64,000 nucleotides of DNA from contig NW_003314319.1 in NCBI RefSeq assembly GCF_000143415.4, positions 896,365 to 960,364 on the forward strand, written 5' to 3'. Below are positions 1-14,857 of the stretch, piece by piece (the stretch's first letter is position 1; each line of letters opens with the position of its first letter). A program made the translations under genes and the position numbers. Source of the DNA: Selaginella moellendorffii. Taxonomy: Eukaryota > Plantae > Lycopodiophyta. The notes under the pieces were generated by a model. It did no database searches. It was given only the letters and a program-made list of their open reading frames with translations, and was not told the DNA's origin.

Positions 1-1507
1 TTTGGAAGTTTGCCTTCGGTGTGCATGATCCACAACCCAGTGACCCTGATGTTGTGGGATTTGCCGAGGAAATAGCTCAAAAATGTGAGGGACTTCCTCT
101 AGCCCTGGAAGTGATTGGCAGTGCCATGGCTGTCCACAGAAGAGAAGGGCCACTTGTGTGGGAAGAATGATATAAGAGGTTGCACTTGTCCAATGACCCA
201 GACGTTGAGAAGCAGATGTTCAAGCGCTTGAAGTTCAGCTATGACGAGCTGGGAAACTATGAGGGTGAAAAGCTTGCAAGAGTGGTTTCTTTATGTGGCC
301 GCATTCCCAGAAGACGAGGAGATTGAGTTCACTGACTTGAGGAAATGTTGGATGGAGGTTGGGTCAGAACTCTCACCCACAGCGATTGTCAATGAACTGG
401 AACGGAGATGCCTGGTCAAGATAAATAAGTCTTGGGATGACGATGATCGTATAATCGTACACGATATGCTACGCAAACTGTGCATAAGAATCTTAAAAGG
501 GAAGTACGCTTCACAGCAAGAGCACGAGAAGGGATGCCTGTTCGGATATGACTGGACAATTGGCATTCGGGATGCAACATTTGCTGAAGTCTCATTCATC
601 TCAAAGAATGTTGGCAGCTTTCTATCCGATAATCATGTGCGTAATGTCTTACTTCTGGATAAATGTGAAGGACTTTCTAATGTGGATGACAGTTTCATCA
701 ATCACATACAAGGTGTCAAGGTATTGAGCTTGTGGCGATGCTCTAAGATGCGTTTTATTCCAGAGAGCATATCCAAGCTGAAAAACCTTCAAGTGCTTGA
801 CATTCAAGGAACAGAAGTGAGTGAATTACCAGATGCGCTTTTCAGCCTGACATCACTGAAATATCTAAAATGTACTACCCGGTGGATGCCGATGAAGTGT
901 AACATTGCATTACTGCCCCAGCTCTCCGACTTGGAAGAGCTGGGGCTGAATGTTAGTTCAAAAGAGGACTCATCAGTTTTGGATTTGACTGGAATTTCAC
1001 GTAAACTAAGACATTTAAATCTAGAAATGACACAGGGTACAATGAAGGTGCCAGAAAGCATGGGGACACTGGAGCATTGAAACATTGGTTTTATGAGCAT
1101 CGACTTTGCCAGTGTCGTTGGACGATGGCAACTTATCAACCTAACAACATGTGAAATTGATGTGGAGTCCGTCAGCAGAGCTCCCTTGAAGCGAATGTTT
1201 AAGAACTCAATCAGGCTTCAACAGTTTTACATCAGTAGAAGACAGTGAAAATAGTGATGACAGCTTTGAATGGTTGCCCCACCGCCTAGAAACACTTGAC
1301 ATTGACTGCGGTGGTATCCACTTGTTCAACCTGGATGGATCATTCACACTTCTTAGAGATCTGGGTCTTACTAATTTACACATTGGACAGTCAGAATTCA
1401 AGGATGATTTGGCTGCCAGTCTTCCAAATCTAGAGTGGTTGTTCTTTAATCTAGCTCCTGATATTGAATGGGAGCACTTGCCTCTCTTTGTGACACAGCT
1501 CGCCTCG
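1..1507 (+). pseudogene. NB-ARC-LRR (NLR) pseudogene copy 1, 5' part (continues at 21619-21980)
   Basis: Frame 3 reads IAQKCEGLPLALEVIGS (GLPL motif). Later come the RNBS-D-like FLYVAAFPED, the MHD-like VHD and LRRs (IPESISKLKNLQVLDI). Versus copy 2 it has a TGA at 168-170 (CGA in copy 2), a +1 frameshift near 275 and a 2-bp deletion near 1078. Confidence 0.92.
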
Positions 1508-1539
1508 TAATTCCTAAACCCTAAACCCTCCTAATACAG

Positions 1540-2180
1540 CATTGCAGAATAGAAGTACTGGTGTGGCTTTGGGCTTGATGATCATCGGGGGAATGAGTGG
1601 GAACCTACCTCGTCGGAAAAACCAAAACAGGGTCCTGGAAGAAGGAAGAGGAAAGTGCAATGTGGGGAAACAAACAAGTGAGGATGCATGTGTAACTTCT
1701 CCATCAAAATGTTTGTGTTGTGTCTTCAAATGGCAAAGATTATGTATTATTGTATGGAACACGATGATGCTCAAGGAAGGATATGTCATGGGCCAGAAGA
1801 TGTTACAGCTCCTATCTCTGCCACTGTAGCTCCACGACTATCAAAGCAGAAGATCAAGTGGGTTGAAGAGCGTCTTCGGAGAGGCTTCAGTGCCGCACAG
1901 GTTTATGAGGAGCATCAACAAATTGTAGTTGCTACAGAAGCCCGGGATGCCTTTAAGTAGGGACCATTGCATGGTCTTTCGAGATGTGAAGAATATTAAT
2001 GATAGAACTATCAGCGATATTTGGAAGCTGCACGAGGATGATAGTACTAGCGTGGATATGTAGACGGAGCAAAATTGTGAGAATGTGGTTTTTTATCAAC
2101 GTCAGGTTGGAGAGGCAACTTTTATACTAATGATTCAGAGACCAACGCAACACAAAACGTTGGGAACGAAACAGGACAGC
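1540..2180 (+). mobile_element. Degenerate Mutator/MULE-like transposase fragment
   Basis: Broken frames give GCMCNFSIK...H (zinc-finger-like) and IWKLHEDDSTSVDM*...NVVFYQ...FILMIQ, resembling the N-terminal part of MULE/SWIM-type transposases. Several stops. Confidence 0.5.
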
Positions 2181-2996
2181 TTCATAATTCCCAGTGACCT
2201 CTGAAGGGGAAGACCGTCATGGCTTGCGATTCCCAGTGTCTAAGGTAACATGCATCAGGAGATGGCTTCAAGATTCACAGCAAGGGTTTCATTGTTCTTT
2301 TGGGGAATTCCGTGGCAGATCTTGCAGCGAGCGGACATCCTTTCGGCTCTAGCACTGGATTCCCAGTGTCTAGGGTAACCTGCATCAGGAGATGGCTTTA
2401 CAATTCACAGCAAGGGTTCAGTCTTTTCACTGTGGCTTCAGATCAGTTTCTAGGGCAACATGCTTCAAGATCGCAAATTCAACAAGGGTTCCGTCTTTTG
2501 TCTCTTTGGACCGGCAACGGCATTTCTTTATCTACATCGCACATGTTGGGGGTGTTGTGAGGAATGAGAGCGATCATGCTGAGATCATTGATTGTTGATG
2601 TGAGTTCTCCAAAAACAAAGTACAATGCTAGTTCAGCCGTGCTGTACGTACATACCATGCTCTGACCGAATACTGATTGCCAAAACACCATGCAGAGATG
2701 CATTTCGAGAAGAAACCATAAGGGCTGTGGACTCATGTATCGAAGATTACTACAGTCGAAAGATGCCAAACTATGGAAAAATCCGTGCAAACTGAATCCT
2801 TTTGTGCCCACAAACCCCAACCAGCAAAATCGAAGAACCAGCTGCATCTCAAGATGAACCAGAGGAGTTCAAGATCACACCAAGGGTTTGTGAGAGTAGC
2901 TTATCAAGTACTTCTTGCACTTGTTTTCCTTTCCCTAGACTAGAGCTTCGGTGGTTAAAACAGGCTTTGTAATTTTGAATTGATGTAAGCATACAC

Positions 2997-3165
2997 TGTG
3001 AATGCATGGAATATGGAATACAGAAATGTGCATATCAATTAACCCAAAAACTTTAGCTTATATACAGGAGCAAGTGGTCCGGATTGAAACCAATTCGACG
3101 GCTACCAAAATCACACTATGCTAATATTAATATACAGCATTGTAGCTATACACTTGGCCCTCACA
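2997..3165. repeat. 3' LTR of element A (169 bp)
   Basis: Direct repeat of 14858-15033 with TGTGA/TCACA termini. Confidence 0.93.
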
Positions 3166-5193
3166 TCATCCCCTCCTCTTGGAATAATAGAAGACCATCA
3201 GGGTTCTTTTGTAGATGGGCCGGGATCTGGAGGAACGTCAGGAGGAGGCATCGGCGGATCTGTAGATGGTATTAACTGCTCCTGATCCCTTTGTATGAAG
3301 CATTTTAACCGCTGCATATGCACAATAGTGGAAAGGACCGTATTGGGCGTTGCGACAAGTTGGACCATAAGTTTATGAGGTTCGGCATGACATCCAGCAA
3401 GATGATCCTCCGTGCAAGGAGCCCCTTAGATAAACCACGTACCGTAAGATGGGGAAAACAGACTAACACCAAATCATCCACTTTATACTTCGCGGGTGGA
3501 TGATGATGGGAGTTGTACCGCCGTTGTTGTCCCACTTGTACGCGGCCTAAGTGTTCGGCAGACTCCGCTCGGACAAGTGGAAGAATGCTCGTCAAATACT
3601 AATCCCATGACCTAGCATCCACAGCTTGTGGCAATCGAGAAGGTAAACCCAGCTTTGTTGGTAATATTGGATCATGACCATATAGGAGTTTATATGGTGA
3701 AGCACCAATAGAACTTTGCACCCTAGTGACATATGCATACCGAAGAGATGGCAAATAACCATCCCAATCTGAATGCTGAAAGTTCACATACTTCACAATC
3801 ATCCCCTTGAATGTCTGAACGAGCTGTTCCACCAGACTGTCTGATTGTGGATGATAAGCACTCGTGAAAGTGTGGCGTATCCCCAACTGAGACGTCAAAA
3901 TATGAAATGCCTCAGCCATAAATGTGGGACCATTATCCGAAAGAATCCATTCTGGACAAGAATGCTGGAATACCACTCGATTAAGGAGGAAGTATCCAAC
4001 AGCAATTGCAGAGGCGCTAGCAAGAGCACCAACTTCCACCCAACAAGTCAAATAGTCAAAAACAATAATAACATACTCATTGCCAATAGTCGACCGTGGA
4101 AAAGGTCCCATAAGATCAAACGCCACCAACTCAAACGGACGGGAAACTGCAATTGACTCCAACCGTCCTTCTGTAGCCTGAGGGGGAGTATTACGAGTTT
4201 GGCACCAAACACAGCTATGCACGTATCGGATAATATCACATCGCATCTCCGGCCAATAGAAAGACCTGCGCAGCTTCTTGATTACACGATGATGTCCCAT
4301 ATGCCCACCTAGAATAGGAGAATCATGGTAAGCATGGAAAAACTGTGGAATAAAGATAGAAGGCACCACCAGCCGTAAATGATCATCAAGATCCGTCCCC
4401 ACAAAACAAAGAAGGGCATCTTCAAGGCGATATTAAGAATGTAAATGCCGGAAAGGCAAGTCATCAGCAAGTGATGTAGGATTCTCAAACCCATCTCGAA
4501 GCCTTCGAATCCACGGCTCAAGCTTTTGAGCCTCGCGAACCTCATCAAGTGAAGGTTGATTTTGCTATGCACCTTGTGGACACTGAACGTCAAGTATAGC
4601 AACTGCTGACAGCACAGAATCCTCGTCTAGAAAATCCACAGATGTTGGAACAACAGGCTCGTCAAAAACATGAGAAGAGAGTGGAGAAGGAAGAGGAGCT
4701 CGAGAAAGGGCATCAGCATTAGCCATAGAACTCCCTGGGCGATGAACAACATCAAAATCATATATCTGAAGCTTCAAAGCCCACCGAGCAGTACGACCAA
4801 CTAGGTTCTTCCGCTTCAATAACGAAGTAACAACAACATGGTCACCTTCAAGTAACGTCTGAGAACCATGTAGATATGCATGAAGTTTCTCGAAACCCCA
4901 GACTGCTGCTAAACACTCCTTCTCTGTCGTGGAGTAGTTCATCTCCGCTGGTTGTAACGGCTTATATATGCAATGGGATGGCGCTGATTAGGCACACTCG
5001 AGCTCTCTTGCATTAACACACCTCTAAGACCAATGTTAGAAGTATCCATGCGCAAAATAAAAGGTCGAGTGTAGTCAGGATATGCCAAAACCGGAGGAGT
5101 TGTCAATAACTCTTTGAGATCCCTGAACGCCGGCTCACAATCCGAAGACCAAATGAAAGATGACGTTGATGACTTCAGCAACGCTATAGCACA

Positions 5194-8100
5194 TGTGGTT
5201 TTTACCCTTTAACCTATGGTGATTTACCATAGGATAACACCATGAAGCGGAACCTAAACCCACTTTATGCCACGTGACAGATGCCACATGTCACATGCCA
5301 CGTGTCCATAGGACAGTGGTGTGGAACCCGAGGTTCAGGGCCTTGGGCCACTGAACGAAGGAACGGTGAAAAACTCCCAAGCATGGAGCCAAGGAGTGAT
5401 GGAACCGAACCACGGAGCAACTCCCGAGCATGCAGCCCAAGGAGCGAAGGGACAGGGACACGGAGCGACTTGGAACAGTCCTAGAGTATCCAGCATCCCA
5501 ATGCCAGGACCAGCACACAAAACGGAGCCAAATGGAGTCTGGCGCTATTTCGGCATACCGGTGGCCTAACGCAAGGATATGGGTACCCCACCAACTAGCA
5601 TGGTATGGAACTTGGGCTTAGACCCAAGCCGGACGCAGAACAAGGAGAGACACACAAGCGGGAGCTAGACTATGCCTCAGGTTGGTCGGCCATGCCCGAN
5701 NNNNNNNNNNNNNNNNNNNNNNNNNNNNNNNNNNNNNNNNNNNNNNNNNNNNNNNNNNNNNNNNNNNNNNNNNNNNNNNNNNNNNNNNNNNNNNNNNNNN
5801 NNNNNNNNNNNNNNNNNNNNNNNNNNNNNNNNNNNNNNNNNNNNNNNNNNNNNNNNNNNNNNNNNNNNNNNNNNNNNNNNNNNNNNNNNNNNNNNNNNNN
5901 NNNNNNNNNNNNNNNNNNNTTGTGTTCAGGTCAATCTCTACATTCCGTAGATATGCCAAATGAGCAAATTTAGACACTTTCCATAAATAGCATTTAAGAC
6001 TGAAATGAGACTAACACAAAGGGCATGATAGCGAGGGTGTTTGGCAGACACGGTAAGCTATCATCTAGCGATGTTGAGGGACCAATCTCAATATCGCAGG
6101 GGTTCTTGATACTAGCAAGTGCAAGCCAAAGACAGGAGTTTTTCAAACCAGGCTGAGTATGCTCAGCTAAACACATATAGGAGTTCCTACCTTATGTTTA
6201 TCCGATTTAAGTACACAGTCATTGACCAGTTTCTCAACTAGCTCAAGTGGGAAATTGATAACGGGTCCAGCAACACCGATCTCTTGTCGTCGTGGTAGTA
6301 AGGAAAGAATATCCCAAAGGACTAGCCGACAGGTAACTTTCAATACCCGAAATCACATTCGCAACACTCTCCCCCCTAGGGAAGATCGACGTCCTCGTCA
6401 ATGCATACTCGAGTCTAGAATACCACCAAGGAAACAACTCTAAAAAAAGTTCACGGTACTCACACTATGTGAGAAATACACCAACTTAAATGAGTTAGGG
6501 GTAACCTCTTTGTCTAACGCGGATGCGCTACCAACTCAGACACCTTCCGGTTGTCGCCGACAAGGAAATGACCAACGGAGTTAGCCACCCTTGCTGCTCT
6601 AGGTGTCACCCAACTACAAAAGTGTGATATGCCCCTGCCCGCAAAGACATAGAGAGAGAAGCCAGAGGCCCCAACCCTCATGAACAAAGAAACCAAACCC
6701 GTCGGTAAGGTTTAGATAGACTACTGTAAATAGGCAATTAGAGTTGTTTACACAGTCACGCCCTTTTAACGACATAAGAAACATCAACAGAGAGGCGGGT
6801 GATATGACCAGTCGACAATAGCTACCCCATGACTAGAGATTTCAGCATGCACATGAAGTGTTGAAGCCAGTCTGCTTATACTGGCCCAAACTCAAAGATC
6901 AATAAATGGACAATATCAAAGTCATAAACAATGATATCTGAGAGTCTTAATTATCAGTGATTAAATCTTAAATGAGAACACAAAAGTATTCCAAGTAAGT
7001 TATCATCCGATAAACAAGTATTATAGTATATAGTATAGGATCCACCAAGATCATTATCATTAGAAAACATAGGATTCACCATCGAACAAAATTCAATAGC
7101 AAGTATATCATCAAGTAAACTCAATGAGAAAGCTTAACTACCGAAGATTGTAGACAGGATGCTAAACAACTTACTAAAAGACAACTAAAAGATCACAAAG
7201 TATTATCGACTGGCAAGCACAATGCTCACGAATGTATCACTCAAAGGAAATAACATTTGAATCTATTAGAACCAACCTTAGCAACAATTAACAGAACAGA
7301 ATGAATGTTGCAAAAACAAACAAACACTCGTTCATGTTAACTATCGCATTAGCCAATCCAAATAGATCCTAATCAATAATGCCAAGGAACTCAAGTTGTT
7401 TAAACAAGTGTCAGCAACATCCTACTAATATCTCAAACCCAAAAGACCAATCCAAGGCAAACCACAAAGAACATGTGGGATTGCGAAAAGCCATAAGCCA
7501 TTAAAGAGAACAATGAACCATCATGAAAGATCATCAATCATCCCATTAATAAGAGATATGCAAAATCATCATTGAAGAAAGAATTCACCATCCCGAAGAA
7601 TAGCAAATCATTCTATATTAACAACAATCAAGCAAAACCTTTCGACAAGGACAATCAACTATCCTAGATAATAATCAATCATTATCAAGGATTGCTAGAT
7701 GCAAAAACCAACTTCAACATCGAAGCTAATGAGCCAAAATGCCTTCCCTAACAACTTCTAACTAATGGAACAATAAGCATAAAAACTCAAGAGACCAAAA
7801 GCTTGAAAAAGCCTATAGCCAAGTCTTGCCTAACAATGATCACAAGTCTTACATGAACTAACTTCAATACTAAAGAAGAAATCATGGTATAACCCACAAT
7901 ATCCTCCTCAACATATCCATAAGCCAAATTTCATAATGACAAAGCTAATGAAGAGCATTTTTGCATCAATCCAAAAGCTAAGCATAACGAAGCTACGCTC
8001 AACAAGTGATCATCTAATCGATCCTCCATGAATCCATCTTTAGCAAGACGTAACTCACTTAATAACAAGCACAAGAAGAATTATCAATGATCGATATATC

Positions 8101-11100
8101 CCAACTGAAATTCAACAAGGATTCAATCACTTCAATACCAATCATTAACTCTTCTACTTGTAGAGTTAGTATAGTCCACGACTAAATCACTTTTCAAGGA
8201 AAAGCTCAAAGCTCAACCTCTACTAAAAAATCTCGTCTAGAACACAATTAACTCAACTTGCCACTCAGTTCATTTAAACATCTATATAGTTGCTAACTAG
8301 CAAATGCACAAATGCCAATAACACAAAGCTACAACCAAATCATCAATACTATCTCCATCAAGACTAATGAAACTCAATATCAATCCTCGGAAAGACATCT
8401 CATCTCACTTGAATCTCAACATTAATAATATCAACGATAGGGCATCACTTCAATGCCATCAACACCAGAACAAAACTAGAAGAAAGCAAGAGTGAATCAC
8501 CACTCAAAACTCTTTTAGCAACTAAATTAACCAAAGTCGAAGATACCTTACTCAGTATCCGAGACTAATCTTTCAACAATACTCAGCTACAAATAACACA
8601 TCATCAAGGAGTGAATCACCACATCCAATACTCCATGAAATCCAACACCACAGATTAAACATAACCAAATGATATCGACAAAGGAATTGACATGTCAACA
8701 TGGAAATTCCATGCAAGCCACGAAACGATCTTCCGCAGCACCATTCGGTAAAGCAAACCCATCACTGCTATATTTTCATCGAGTGAAGCAAGTGTCAACA
8801 GTCCTCGACAAAGTCTACAAGCAATCACTAATTGCAAAGCAATTAACAATCACTCTTCAACTTGCCTTCACAAGACCCAAACACTAAACTCTCGTCATCG
8901 AGTCATATACTTGCCTAATGTGAATGTAATACCCCAAGTATGAGATATAAGTTCATGGACAAGCATGAACTAAATAACCACTCGAATCCAACTCAACCGC
9001 AATAAGCTCACTAATGCATTTAGCCTATAGCTCTGAGCATGCCTTGAAGAGGCTAGCTATGCATAATCAACACTCAGCCGAAACTAAAGTGAAGACCATG
9101 AGATGGACACATATTGGTACACAACCTCCTCATGAACAAGGCTATAGTACAGGTACCAACATCTCAACCTCAAACAACTAAGTTGGACATCACTATCCTC
9201 AGCCAAGGCGCAAAACCCCCAAGACTAAGTCAAGATCAGTGAGAGCTCACTACTCTCATAGAGTATAATGAAATGCAAAGTGCAACCTGCCACCAAGCAT
9301 AATGCTACAGAAGAAAGGTACAAGAGCCACTTTTCTAGAAAAGTGCAATGTCCACTTTTTTACACCAACTCCAGACTCTATCCAACTCAATTGCCTTAGC
9401 CCTAAAATTTAGCATCCCTTTCGGGTTGCATCATATAAACCACCTACTAAGGTCTAAGTTAATTGAAATCAACTCCAACCCTTTCACTAGTTTGTATTGG
9501 CTTACGAAAACGGAATGGTTTTCGAGCAAAGTGATCAATAGATCAGCCATTGGAAAAGTCTAAGAAACTTTGTAGAAAATTTCCGTCCTAGAGAAAGAAT
9601 GACTCTCAGTCTAGGAATGCAAACTTTCAAGATTCAACCAACTTCCTCCTACTAACAACTTCACATAGGTTCACTTCAACACCAATTCTCATGACCCAAC
9701 AATATGCTAAAGCATCGAACATCTTTGCCCATACTTCCGACATCCAACACCGACATTCGCAAAGTGCAAAATGAACATCTAATGCTTGATCACAAAGACC
9801 ACATCTTCAGACATCCACATTGTACTAACACTCTTCTTCAACCACTTTCAAGATCCAATGTGAAGCCAAAACACTAACAAGAAAAATGACATGAAAATCA
9901 AGGTCTAAGAAGAACTCCTCATCACTCAAAATAACAATGCCACTTTCACTAACACCAGTGCTAGTGATGTCAATGCCTCAACTCCACACCTTCTCCATCC
10001 AACAATCTACTCCAAGTGCTAATGGATCAACCGACAAGCCATAGCAAGTGAATGCTATAACCCTTTCCAACACTTAATGAGTAAACCCTCAAGGAAACAA
10101 GGTACCAACTTAAGCTTAGCATAATGGACCACTATCGAGAATCCAGTCGAAGCTACTACAATGCTATTATGTGCAAATAGACTATCAACCACTTTAGGGT
10201 TGATCATCGTTTAACCAAGCAACTTTGTAAACACATTGCTCATTATCATATGGTTATGATATAAGAAATCACAATAACTTGATCATCAATTAAGCAACAC
10301 CACAAGCAACACCTATGTCATTATTACAAAGGTTTATGTGAGTATCAAGTGTCAACTCGACTCGACAAAATGCAACATAAATTCCACACTCCACCAATAG
10401 AGATTTACAACACCCAACACCACTAACTTTTGTTCACAACACGGACAAGCTCATGCCACTCTCTTTCTGATCAAACTCAAAGCTAATCCAACACCAAGCT
10501 ACTCAAGGAGCAATAGCAAAGTTCCCCGGAAAAGAATTGAGCATTGCAACCCACATCTTCAATAGCAAGCCTAGACAATGGTTTAGTGCTTCACCACTAT
10601 CCATCCCACAACTCACTATTTGAAAGACCATCATTTCCAATATACATTAAAGTAAGGACTCTTGATTGCATGATGTGAATACAAGCAATGAGTTACACTT
10701 CATTGCAAATCATCTCTTCAAGAAAAGAAGATGATTTACATGTTTGATCCTTTGTCCTTGACGACTCTCTTTTCTGTCTCAATTTTGACTAAACCTCAAG
10801 CTTGTGTTTGCACTGCCTTCAGTCCAATCCAAGAAAAGTTTATGAGAGAGCACGGCAATAACTACTTGAACCAATAGACTAATCCCTACAGTCTTGTTGA
10901 TCCCTCTTATAATCATGCCTAGGAAGGATCCACTAGTGCCATGCTAAACAACTACGGACCAGCCTATTCGCCACTCTTTTGCAAACCCAGGGAAGGTTTA
11001 CTTTGTCCCATGGCACAAGGAACAACTCATAAAACCATTGGAACAACTCATAGAAGCTAACATTAATCCTGCCAACTCAAAGTGTAACCTCGAGTTGCTA

Positions 11101-12410
11101 ATGTGCCTCACTCACGAGCCCAAGTGCAAACTCGTGCAAAACGGAACACCTTACATCCAACTTATGAGCCCAAGCGAAAGCTCATTACTCTAGTATGAAA
11201 AGGTAACCAAAATCCATACTTAAGGAACAATTGCGAAGCTTTTGCACACAAACGTGTACTCACTCAAATCATCGTTTTCATCTCTGCGTATGCAACAAGA
11301 TTAATTGCCCAATCTCATTGTATAGTACTCACTGAGACTCATCTTCTAATACCAAATACCCTTTATCCTATGGTGATTTACTATAGGATAACACCACGAA
11401 GCGGAACCTAAACCCCCTTTATGCCACGTGACAGATGCCATGTGTCACATGCCACATGTCTATAGGACAGTGGCGTGGAACCCGAGGTTCAGGGCCTTGG
11501 GCCACTAAACGAAGGAACGGTGCAAAACTCCCAAGCATGGAGCCAAGGAGTGATGGAACCGAACCATGGAGCAACTCCTGAGCATGCAACCCAAGGAGCA
11601 AAGGGACAGGGGCACGAAGCGACTTGGAATAGTCCTAGAGTATCCAGCATCCCAATGCCAGGACCAGCACGCAAAATGGAGCCAAACAAAGTTTGGCGCT
11701 ATTTCGGCATACAGGTGGCCTAACGCAAGGATATGAGTACCCCACCAACTAGCATGGTATGGAACTTGGGCTTAGACTCAAGCCGAACGCAGAACAAAGA
11801 CAGGCATGCAAGCGGGAGCTAGACTATGCCTTAGGTTGGTCGGCCATACCCGACCTACCCACTATCCCTACTATACTTTTGGAACCCCCCATAGCCCCCC
11901 CCCTTGAGGAACACACACTTTGGGCTTTCACCCTAAGCCTCCCTTAGTATTAAGAGTTAGTCTCTGGGACAAGCTTGAAACTTACTAAATATGGAATGGC
12001 ATTAGATTGCGAATTTGGACACGGGAAATAACATTTAGGACCGAATGAGACTAACACAAAGGGCATGATAGCGAGGGTGTTTGGCAGACACGGTAAGCTA
12101 TCATCTAGCGATGTTGAGGGACCAATCTCAATATCGCGAGGGTTCTTGATACTAGCAAGTGCAAGCCAAAGATAGGAGTTTCTCAAACCAAGCCGAGTAT
12201 GCTCAGCTAAAAACACATAGGAGTTCCTACCTTATGTTTATCCGATTTAAGTACACGGTCATTGACCAGTTTCTCAACTAGCTCAAGTGGGAAATTGATA
12301 ACAGGTCCAGCAACACCGATCTCCTGCCATCGTGGCAGTAAGGAAAGAATATCCGAAAGGACTAGCCGACAGGTAACTTTCAATACCCGAAGTCATATTC
12401 ACTCACAACA
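5194..12410 (-). mobile_element. Nested LTR retrotransposon B (~1.1-kb LTRs, ORF-less internal region; probably non-autonomous)
   Basis: Direct repeats 5194-6366 and ~11356-12410, both ending CAACA. PPT-like AGGGGGGAGAG at 6367-6377 (minus). Degenerate Met-i PBS TGGTATTAGA near 11345-11354. Inserted between the RT and RH regions of element A. Flanks are GCACA and GTGCA. Confidence 0.88.
5700..5919. other. Assembly gap (Ns) inside the left LTR of element B
   Basis: Run of N characters. Confidence 1.
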
Positions 12411-14857
12411 GTGCAGTGCGTTCAGAAAGCTGATCCACAAAACGTCCGAGATACTGCACCTTGCTCAAGAAGCGTTGCACATCATTCACACACTTCGGAG
12501 TAGGGAATTTTAGAACAGCCACAAGTTTGTCAGGATCAACTTGCAAACCCTCACGAGAAATACGGTACCCAAGATAAGTTGTGTCCTTGGATCCAAACAC
12601 GCACTTCGACCGCTTCAGCTTTAAATCAATGTCGCGTAACCGATCCAACACTTTACAAACATCACGAACGTGCTCCTTCTACGTCCCCTCCGAGTGGATC
12701 AAGACATCATCAATGAAGTCAGCAGTCATCTCCGGCATATCGCAAAGAACCTCGTCCATCATCCGTTGAAAAGTTGCTGGAGCATTGTTCAAACCAAACG
12801 CATCACCAAGAACTCATACAAACCAAATGGTGTACGAAAAGCAGTTTTAAGAATATCTTCTTCGGCCATCGGTACTTGCCAGTACCCAGAAGCAAAATCT
12901 AGCTTAGTGAACCAACGACTTCGCCCCAGACAATCCAAGAGATTAGCAGTGTGAAGAAGAGGGTACACATCTGGGATCGTTACGTCGTAAAACGGACGAT
13001 AGTCGATGCAGAAATGAATACTCCCATCAGGTTTCGTCACAAGATGAGGTTCACATGCCCAAGGACTCCGCAACTTCCGAATAACACCCTTCTCCAACAT
13101 CTCCTTGACATTTGCACGTAAAATCTTGATCTCCTTTGGTGACAGGTACCTTGATTGAACGAGCATCCCCAGTTGGAATCGGATGTCGTGTAGCAATCTT
13201 GGCTCTAGATGATAAGAGCAGAACAAGATAGAAACACAAGAGGAAATAGTGGGGGAACAAAAGTAATAGAAACAAAGGTAGAAGTAAAGGGATAAAGAGG
13301 TACGGAAGTGAGAGGAATGGATGAAACATAAGGAAGTATGAGATAAGAGGGAGAAGCCTCAAAGTCACACTTGGCATGATTGCACTGCAACCAATCCATA
13401 CCAAAAATGAGGTCAAAAGCTTGACTTGGCACCACCCGCAACAACTGCAACTCAAGCTCGAGATCGCCCACACGCACAACCAGGTCTGCCTCATCCCGTG
13501 CACATGCATGTGTACGGCCATTGCCATAAAGAATGAAAACTAGTTCCGCCGCATGACGCAAGTGTAGACGACAACATGTGGCAACAGGTCAAACAATAGA
13601 AGATAAACTCAAACCTATATCAACCAACACGGAGAGAATAATAGGAGACATCTTGTTATAAAGATGAGCTTGGAAAGTAAACACTGGATGAACTAGTGCC
13701 GAGTGAACCCCTTGATGATACTCCCGAAAGAAAGATGGAGGGGTCACTAACTTATTCGTGCAAGGTCTCTCCGTTACTCGCACGACTCCTCATTTCCCGG
13801 ATGCATCTCTGCGTCCAAACCTTCCACTACAGCAGTACCAACGGGACGTTACTAGCGCCAAGGTCTCCACCCAGGAAATGGAGGTTGCCAATCCGGAAAA
13901 CGCTGACAACGCCGATAAGTATAACCAACTTCATCACATGCCTAGAGCGAACATCACAGCCACAACCACGTCCTCACCCTTGGCCTTGGACTCGAGCAGC
14001 AGCAGCATCAACCTCCATTGGAACATGACCATCACCCACAGGAAGTGGAGCTGAAGGATGTGCAACGAGAAGTGGAAGAGGTGACATCTCATAACGTTGT
14101 GCCAAGCGAAGAGCATCGTCAAGGGTGGCGGGAGCAAGTGCATGCACAAGTCCGACAAGATCTTGACGAAGTGTTGGCCACAACATTCCTAGCTTGATCC
14201 GCTCCGACATATTTGGCTCCGCACGAAGCAAAAGACTTCGGAAACGAACACCAAATTGCATCACTGACTCAGATGGCCCTTGGCAAAGACAATGCAATTG
14301 TTAGAAGACATTGTCACAGTCATCGGCATATCTGAAGGCACGTTTGAAGACGTCCGGGAGAACACTCCAATCCCCACGAGTGGCTGCACTCAAACCATTG
14401 TACCACTGTAACGCCGTCCCTTGAAGACACATGGGAAACTCACGCAAACATCGAGCATCATCCCAAGAATGATATGTGGCAATCACTGTGAAGTGATCGA
14501 ACCAATGGTACACATCATCCCCAGGATTCCCGCAAAAGAACTCCAGCCAAACGCGAGGATTGGCACCAAGAGTAGGAGGAATTGTACCACGTGCCGTGAA
14601 CGCCGCCATCAACTAAGTTTTGTTGTTCAATTGCAAGCGCATAGCATCAAGCAATTGTACCAACTGTTGCTCCAGAGTCAAAGGAGGAGATTGTTAATCT
14701 GCCATGAAGACGAACGAAGAAAGAGCAAAAGAAGATAAATGACAAAAAGCTGGAAGGAAATGGTAAATCTAAACAATGCAAAAAGCTAGATCTAAACCAA
14801 AATCCCAAATCCAAACACTCCCCATGGACAATCAAAAGTGCCCCTCATCTCCACCAA

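Noticed and set aside
5281-6443. ORFs within the LTRs of element B (also 11419-12513)
   Set aside because: LTR sequence or spanning the N gap; not coding.
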